Source: Macrostomum hystrix
Lineage: Eukaryota; Animalia; Platyhelminthes
DNA length: 64,000 nucleotides
Assembly (NCBI GenBank): GCA_950097015.1
Contig: CATNEN010000034.1
Coordinates: 5,456,001 to 5,520,000 of the forward strand
Direction: 5' to 3'
The notes under the pieces were generated by a model. That model was not told the DNA's origin and ran no database searches. It saw nothing but the letters and a program-made list of their open reading frames with translations. Positions 57,401 to 64,000 of this stretch are shown in pieces (the stretch's first letter is position 1; each line of letters opens with the position of its first letter). Both the position numbers and the translations under genes were made by a program.

Positions 57401-60400
57401 CAGACCAGAGACAAGTGATCAGAGACCAGCGACCAGTGACCAGAGACCAGAGACAAGTGATCAGAGACCATAGACCGAAGACCAGAGACAAGTGATCAGA
57501 AACCAGCGACCATAGACCGAAGACCAGAGACAAGTGACCAGAGACCAGCGACCAGTGACCAGAGACCAGAGACAAGTGATCAGAGACCAGAGACAAGTGA
57601 TCAGAGACCAGAGACAAGTGATCAGAGACCAGAGACAAGTGATCAGAGACCAGAGACAAGTGTTCAGAGACCAGAGACCAGAGACCAGAGACAAGTGATC
57701 AGAGACCAGAGACAAGTGATCAGAGACCAGAGACAAGTGATCAGAGACCAGAGACAAGTGATCAGAGACCAGAGACAAGTGTTCAGTGATCAGAGACCAG
57801 AGACCAGAGACCAGAGACAAGTGATCAGAGACCAGCGACCAGTGACCAGAGACAAGTAATCAGAGACCAGACACCAGACACGAGACACAAGAGACTATAG
57901 ATCAGAAAATTAGTCAGAACACCAAACTAAGCGAAAACTTTTTCATTTCCAAATATTGCAGAGGAGCTTGCCAGGGCGGAGAACAAAGACCCCAGATGCG
58001 GTAAAGACTTCTACAGTGGGGTGTCGGGCGTCATTAACTCGCCCAGCTTCCGGGGTCTTCCGTCAACGGCGGCGGACAATGTCCGGTGCGCCTGGATCAT
58101 CCAGGTGCCGGAGGGTTGGCAGATTCTGTTGACCTTGACACGGATGAATTTTGGCAAGGCTGGTGAGTGCAAACAGCCTATCAGACGTGACAACCAACTC
58201 TTCGATATCGGATCCAAGATTCAATATTCTTATATTTTATCATTTTTTATTCATAAAGTTTCGTCGGGAAAAATCCCATTCTCTAAATTTGTACATTAGT
58301 CAAAGCCTCCAGCTTATATGGTACTAATTTTGAAAGACCTTAAACTTATCGATCTTGTGTAGGCACTCAGAAACTCAACTACGAAGCAGTAGATGGAAGG
58401 ATGGCTGTCTTAAGCATTTCTGAGCTATTCAAACGAAGCCTTGGGAGGTTTTTTATTAGGCGCTATAGAAAGATCCCTCTATAATGGGATCTGACTCTGC
58501 TTCACTGGGGGAGGGTACTGCTGTACTTCATTGGATTCTGTTGGGATATTAGTGCAGCAGATTGATAGAGTCATAATGTGGGATCTGGGCCCGCCTCAAA
58601 TGCAGTCTGGCGTACTCAGAACATTGTTAAAAAGGGGAAATTGTCGGAGGTCGTGTTTGACAGCGATAGCCCGGACAACAGCATACCGGGCGGGCCGCCT
58701 TTTGTTGAGCTCCAGGCATGGAACTGTGGGCTAATCTCTGAGCCATACTCTTCCTCATTCTGTGCGTAGCAGAATGATTAAAAGTGCTAAACCAGTGCAT
58801 GCACCTGCACTTGAATATAATCCGCATAAACAATTCATGAAAACCTAATAGCATGCTTTTTGAACCAACACCCAAAATAACAGTCAGCAGCTGTTCGGCG
58901 GCGAACATCTCCGTGTACGACGTGTTCCCCACTGCGTCTAAAACGCCAAAAGAAAGATTCTGCGCTTCTAGTCATTATCCGGAGTCCATTGTGAGCGACG
59001 ATAGAATGCTCTTCATCAGGTGAGCAGTGGATTGCTAGTCTATTCAGCAGACATTGTATTGAAGCTGGTTGGAATGGATTGCTAGTCTATTCAGCAGACA
59101 TTGTATTGAAGCTGGTTGGAATAGATTGCTAGTCTATTCAGCAGACATTGTTCTGAAGCTGGTTGGAATGGATTGCTAGTCTATTCAGCAGACATTGTAT
59201 TGAAGCTGGTTGGAATAGATTGCTAGTCTATTCAGCAGACATTGTATTGAAGCTGGTTGGAATAGATTGCTAGTCTATTCAGCAGACATTGTATTGAAGC
59301 TAGTTGTAATGGATTGCTAGTCTATTCAGCAGACATTGTATTGAAGCTAGTTGTAATGGATTGCTAGTCTATTCAGCAGACATTGTATTGAAGCTAGTTG
59401 TAATGGATTGCTAGTCTATTCAGCAGACATTGTATTGAATCTGTTTGAAATGGATTGCTAGTCTAATCCCACACAGATCTGAGATCCCAGCGTCTCAACT
59501 CAACAATGTCTTACACGAATACAAATTTGCTAGACGAATGAAAATCAGGGGAAAAAAGGGAATTTCTTCTGCCGCGTAGCCGCATTCCTTTCCTCCGCAC
59601 TTCAGTTTAGCCCCTTTCAGGATTCTAGAAGTGAAAATATATCCCCTACCCCAATGTCTAGGCAGAGCCCAGTAGATGAGATTTGGGATCTGGGATCTGT
59701 CCCGCCTGTCCTGACCCAATTGGGCTGCCCTTTTGCTGGGGGTGGGAAATGGGGCGGGTTATTTGAATCCCCTGGATAGTCTCGCGGTCCGTCTTCAAGT
59801 TGCGGCAGCTGGCCCGGTGGGGCTTAGCTGGGCTTTTGTCCTCACATTTTGAGCAGCCGGAGGGGGGTGGGGAGGAGGCAAGGGTCGCAGGGTTGGCGAG
59901 GTCGGGCGCGTTAATTAAAACCGCCGCGTCAACTCCTACCCCCCACAGGCCGAGTGGGCAATGGGGATTTTTAGCAGCAGCCGCTTCCCCAGCGACAGGC
60001 CCGGCTGATTAAGAGCTAGACCACGCAGGAGGCGCACTAGAGACTACAGAGAAGTATTTTCAACGGGAATAAATCTTCAGTTGCGGTGCGTGAGCTCTAG
60101 ATAGGCTCTGCAAACAGCTCCCCTGCCCCCCACCCACTCTCTGCTCAGCGATGCGGCTGATATTCCGTGTTTGCCTTCTCACTTGGACCGCTCCGGCAGG
60201 TGGGGCTGACATTTTGCAACACGGCTGGCAGTCACAAACTCTTAAATTTATTACCTGCGCGACTTGGTTTGCTGCTGAACTGATTCAATTCGAAGGCAGT
60301 CGAATTAGAGCGTAGGGTAGAGAGGTAGAGAGAGAGGTTGGGAGGTAGAGAGTGAAGTGTAGAGGTAAATGGTGAGGTAGAGAGGTTAGAGGTATAGAGC

Positions 60401-62358
60401 GATGTAAAGAGAGATAGAGAGCGAGTTAGAGACGTAGATGGCAAGATATTACGCGCGGGGGTGAGTGGCAGAGCGGTTAATGCGTTTGCCTCTCGTGCCT
60501 AGGTCATTGAGCTCGATTCCGCGGTGAGGCCACATTCATTTGGGGCGCAGCCGCGGAGAGAAGGTTTGGGGGCTTGTCGTGCAATTTACGCCCTTGAGGG
60601 CCAATCTCCAAGGCACAGTGATAGTGTAATCTGCGTGACGATGAGAAAGTCAGGGCAGATGTACACACCTGTGTGAGTGTAGTGCTCAGGAGTCAGCGAA
60701 ACGGGCAGAATTGCCTCCTCGCTGTCTGCGAGTGTACTGTCACCAAATGATGTGCAATTGCCTGCAGCCCCTTCTGCAATTATTATTATTACTATTAGAT
60801 ATTGAACGCAGTAGAGAGGTTGACAGATGCAAAAAGACCGTTAGGATTAAAAAACAAATATTTTAAATACATTTTAAAAATACGTATTGCTGCCACAGAA
60901 ATCATGAACGGATCGATTGTCACACAGAATTAACTTTACATATTGTAGATTCTTCGGTGAAGCGAAATCTCTGGAGTCGCAGGCTAATTTCCAGCTCACT
61001 TACTCAGCAGCGCTGAAGGATCACCAGGATCTGGGTGAGCTGCGGGCCAAATATGTTTGAATCTTCTGTGCAGCGCGCTATTTCTCTCTGCCTGTCACTC
61101 TAGCTTTGATTCTAAGTGTCAGTTTAGACTTGACTCTCCCTGTCACTCTCCCTGTCACTCTATAATATTTCATATTTCATCTATCTTTCACTCTTATTGG
61201 TACAATCTCGGTAACTCTACCTGCGACTCTACCTGTTACAAATCTCCTGTCACTACGCCTGTCACTCCACCTGTCACCGGCTCCGCAGCTAGCTGCCCCG
61301 GCTACCTGTGCCGCGGCGCTTTGCACTGCCGAGACTCGGCCGGCCTCAGCTGCACCCGGCTGCCCAGATACTGCCTGCATCCGAGTGCCAAGTGCGACGG
61401 CCGGCAGAGCTGCTCAATGGTTGAGACCTCAGATGAAGAGGATTGTAAGCACCGCTTGAAAATTTGTTGGGGTTGGGTTGACAAAAATCCAGACATTTTT
61501 TGGAAATTTAAACTCCCTCACCAATGACCGGCTCGCACAGGTGTTTCCTGGCACTACATCGCCGGCGTTGTCACCGGGGCCGTGTGCAGCGCCGTCATCG
61601 TGTGCCTCTCCGCTGTCCTCGTCTGCTTTATCTGCCGCAGCCGTCGCCGCCGTCGTCAGCGTCGTCGTCAGGCCGCTTCAGACGGCGGCGCTGGTTCGAT
61701 ATCGGGCGCCAGCAGCTCAGGTGCGGCCTCCTCCGCCCAGACTGGCTCGCCGAGGCATCGCCAGCAGCGGCACACCGCGTCCGCACTAGCCAACGTCTCC
61801 TCGAACGGATCGGCCGGACGCAGCGGCAAGAAGAACTCGGTGAAGTCCTCCTTGACCGACCTGGAGATGACGTCCGTCATCAGCGGACCCGCGGCGACGG
61901 CGGCCGCCCGCGCCGAGCCGGCCCTGAAGCCGATTCTAAAGCTGACTTTCTCCGACGACCTTGGCCACGAGCGCAGCCTCCGATTGGCCGCCTCACCAGC
62001 CGAAAGTCCAATCCTGGGAGTACCACCGCAGCCGCCGCCTCAGCAGCAGCAGCAGCAGCAGCAGCAGTCGGGCAGGTTCGCTCGGGTCTCTAATCACTAC
62101 GCCTGCTCGGTGCTGGACCCGGGCCAGACTGTGCGCTACGCACCGCCTCCGGCAGCCTCAGCGCGCACGCGGCACGCGGCCCTCAGTCCGATCGGCCCGG
62201 CGTTTCCAGCTGCCGGTGACGGCGCAACCTGTTCGACTTCGGCGGACGATGGCTGCGTCGGTGGCGGCTACACGCGAAAGAATTCCTACTGCAAGATTGT
62301 CGAAGAGGAGAGCGACCACAAGGAGAGTGACTCGGAAGGTGGTGGGTCCCTGTTCTAA
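48462..62358 (+). CDS. Type I membrane protein with 3 CUB domains, an LDLa-like domain, TM and long cytoplasmic tail (NETO/LEV-10/SOL-like architecture); 10 exons, ~758 aa
   Basis: Exons 48462(or 48249)-48591, 48829-49009, 53717-53910, 55383-55560, 56419-56615, 57962-58162, 58884-59019, 60949-61034, 61289-61444, 61541-62358; total 2277 nt, phases match. CUB motifs GELKSPNY, GVIKSPGY, GVINSPSF, RRICG, NACG, RFCAS, RGFRIRF, RGFQLNY. LDLa CDGRQSC...SDEEDC. TM IAGVVTGAVCSAVIVCLSAVLVCFIC followed by RSRRRRRQRRR. Ends -SLF. Confidence 0.92.
49598..49878. repeat. Minisatellite, 15-bp unit, ~16 copies, followed by one inverted unit
   Basis: CTGAAATCCCATTCA in tandem; ATTTCAGTAAATGGGATTT at ~49855 is its reverse complement. 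Confidence 0.93.
51138..51592. repeat. Minisatellite, same 15-bp unit, ~30 copies
   Basis: CTGAAATCCCATTCA in tandem. Confidence 0.95.
52680..53695. repeat. Minisatellite, 16-bp unit, ~63 copies
   Basis: GGGACTCGATAGTATT with GGGACTCGAAAGAATT variants, ending ~20 nt before the 53717 exon. Confidence 0.96.
53945..54620. repeat. Minisatellite, 26-bp unit, ~26 copies
   Basis: TAGTACACCTGTGCATAGCTG(T/C)CTAC in tandem. Confidence 0.96.
56645..57880. repeat. Compound minisatellite built on a 7-bp GACCAGA monomer with higher-order repeats
   Basis: GACCAGA / GACAAGT / GATCAGA / GACCAGC variants; a block recurs at 364-bp spacing. Confidence 0.95.
59028..59465. repeat. Minisatellite, 47-bp unit, ~9 copies
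   Basis: GGATTGCTAGTCTATTCAGCAGACATTGTATTGAAGCTGGTTGGAAT in tandem, starting ~8 nt after the 59019 donor. Confidence 0.96.
60456..60715 (+). mobile_element. tRNA-derived SINE, family A, copy 3
   Basis: GGGGGTGAGTGGCAGAGCGGTTAATGCGTTTGCCTCTC...GAGCTCGATTCCGCGG...GGCTTGTCGTGCAATTTACGCCCTTGAGGGCCAA...GCTCAGGAGTCAGC. Confidence 0.82.
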
Positions 62359-62545
62359 GTTTTTTGTTTTTTGTTTTGTAATATCGTAGGAACATTCTCC
62401 TGCGTTCGGCTTGCCTGATTTCATTTATTATTCCTTTCCTGCTTCGTTTCTACGAGGTTCTTTTCTGATTGTTTGCCGAACAAAAAGACATTTTGAATTA
62501 CAATATCTCTCTTGAAATTCATGGGAATCTTAAAGATTCGAAACA

Positions 62546-62785
62546 GGGCGACTGGCTTGTGCGGTCCAACGCGTTTGCCTTTCTCACCAAGGTCCCTGAG
62601 CTCGGAATCCGCGGCGTAGCCACCTTTATTTGGGCTTGGGAGGGCTTGTCTTGCAATTTGCACCCAAGAGGGCCAACCCCAAGGCACAGTGAGAGTGTAC
62701 ACTGCCTGACAAAATATAGCGCAAGGCAGATGCACATCACCTGCGTTTGTGTGCTTAGGGTCAAGCGAAATGAGCACACTTGCCT
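62546..62785 (+). mobile_element. tRNA-derived SINE, family A, copy 4 (more diverged)
   Basis: CGCGTTTGCCTTTCTCACCAAGGTCCCTGAGCTCGGAATCCGCGG...GGCTTGTCTTGCAATTT...GAGGGCCAACC...GTGAGAGTGTACACTGCC. Confidence 0.78.
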
Positions 62786-64000
62786 CCTTGCTGCGTCCAT
62801 CGTTTTCATCCTCGCTAAATAAACGTATCATAAGAGACTTTGGATTCAATGGAAAAAACGAGAAATAATATAATATTATATCTCTGTTGTTTCAGATTAC
62901 TATAGAATGCTTCCGTTTCTTGTCAGCAGCAGCAAACACATTTTCTAAATAATGTCCATTCTGCGAGCGATTTCGATAACAATCTGTCAATCAGTCATTT
63001 TTATATTCGACAAATCTAATGGCTTTTCCATGTAAATAAGTGCAACATGATAATACATCTTAGCCCCTTTTGCCGCGAGTTCAATGAGTCCAGTTGTGAT
63101 CCAATACGAGTTATTATTTCGTGATAGTGTGTTCTATTTTATCGTCTACGTCGTTACGGTGGGTTGTATTTCGTTCTGCTAAGAAATACTCAGACCAGAA
63201 CGCTGACGGCCCCGGGCTTTGAAGCGTGGCTTTTCAAAGACGCTGTATTAGAACTGACACTTGATTATGTACTTCAATTCGCCACAATAGCTAAAAATGT
63301 ATATTATAGAAAAATCGAATTTGAAATGTCGTACAGAGCATTCCTGTCAGAAAATAAGTGCAAGCAGTAACGCCCCTCTCAGAGAAGAAGTTAGTTTTAT
63401 CCAGACACTCTGGGCACTGATTTATGAGCCACTTACTGATATTGAAGAGGCTTTGCGATGGGAAACAATCCAAGCAAGGCCGCTCTAGCTGCTAAAGCAC
63501 CGTGGAAGCTGAGCGATAAGGCCTACGAACCGCCAGGCCACAAGTGCAGCTGCAGTTTAATAGCCGGCGTAGCTTTATCGGACAGGCCTTTTGCACGTTG
63601 GCTTTTTTCTTCAGTTCGCAGTGCAGATTTATCAGAGTTGATGCGATGTTCAGCCACCGAAATCGTACAAAATAACGAGGAATCTAATCTAGACAGGGTG
63701 GAAGTTTATTACGATGCTGCAGCGTATTGCATCATGTTATGGGATGTTTTATGTAGCACTTTAGTGGCAAGCATGATATGAATATTGATCCGCTTTTGTG
63801 AGAACTTTCGCAATATTAAAGATTCGACTGTCTCATGCAAATTCAGCAATCTGACTGGTAAATAACATCGTGAATTTCGCCTCTTTTCGAAACTGTTGAA
63901 ACGCTAAAAAGCTTCGCCTATTTATGAATCTATTTCCTACAAATTTTAATTTATATAACCCAGATGTAGGACATCCAATCAATGATTACTTACAAATATG

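Noticed and set aside
1386-62358. Functional gene cluster linking the ACh channel, CUB-LDLa protein, Vav and MICAL-like genes
   Set aside because: Mixed orientations and no shared regulatory evidence; a neuronal or cytoskeletal theme can arise by chance without synteny data.

Overview
Eukaryotic (metazoan) genomic DNA with GT-AG introns. The GC-rich, polyQ/polyA-rich exons and minisatellite-packed introns suggest a free-living flatworm such as Macrostomum (inference, not verified). I could splice together seven protein-coding genes by hand, with consistent intron phases: (1) a nicotinic-type Cys-loop subunit (+) with an anion-selective Pro-Ala motif; (2) a Vav-family GEF (-); (3) a ~1361-aa type I receptor (-) with 7 C-type lectin domains, a kringle and an NPxY tail; (4) a 61-aa COPS9/CSNAP microprotein (-) in three tiny exons, missed by the ORF track, whose stop lies only 76 nt upstream of the lectin-receptor ATG; (5) a MICAL-like CH-LIM-bMERB gene (+) with an unexplained frameshift; (6) a kinase-less BAMBI-like receptor (-) whose first exon I could not find; (7) a 3xCUB-LDLa-TM protein (+). 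Non-coding features are two tRNA-derived SINE families, a hAT MITE nested in a SINE, and about 20 unrelated minisatellite arrays, many abutting exons. No CRISPR array, rRNA or intact tRNA is supported. The strongest lead is the COPS9/lectin-receptor junction, which looks like a bicistronic or trans-spliced operon-type unit.
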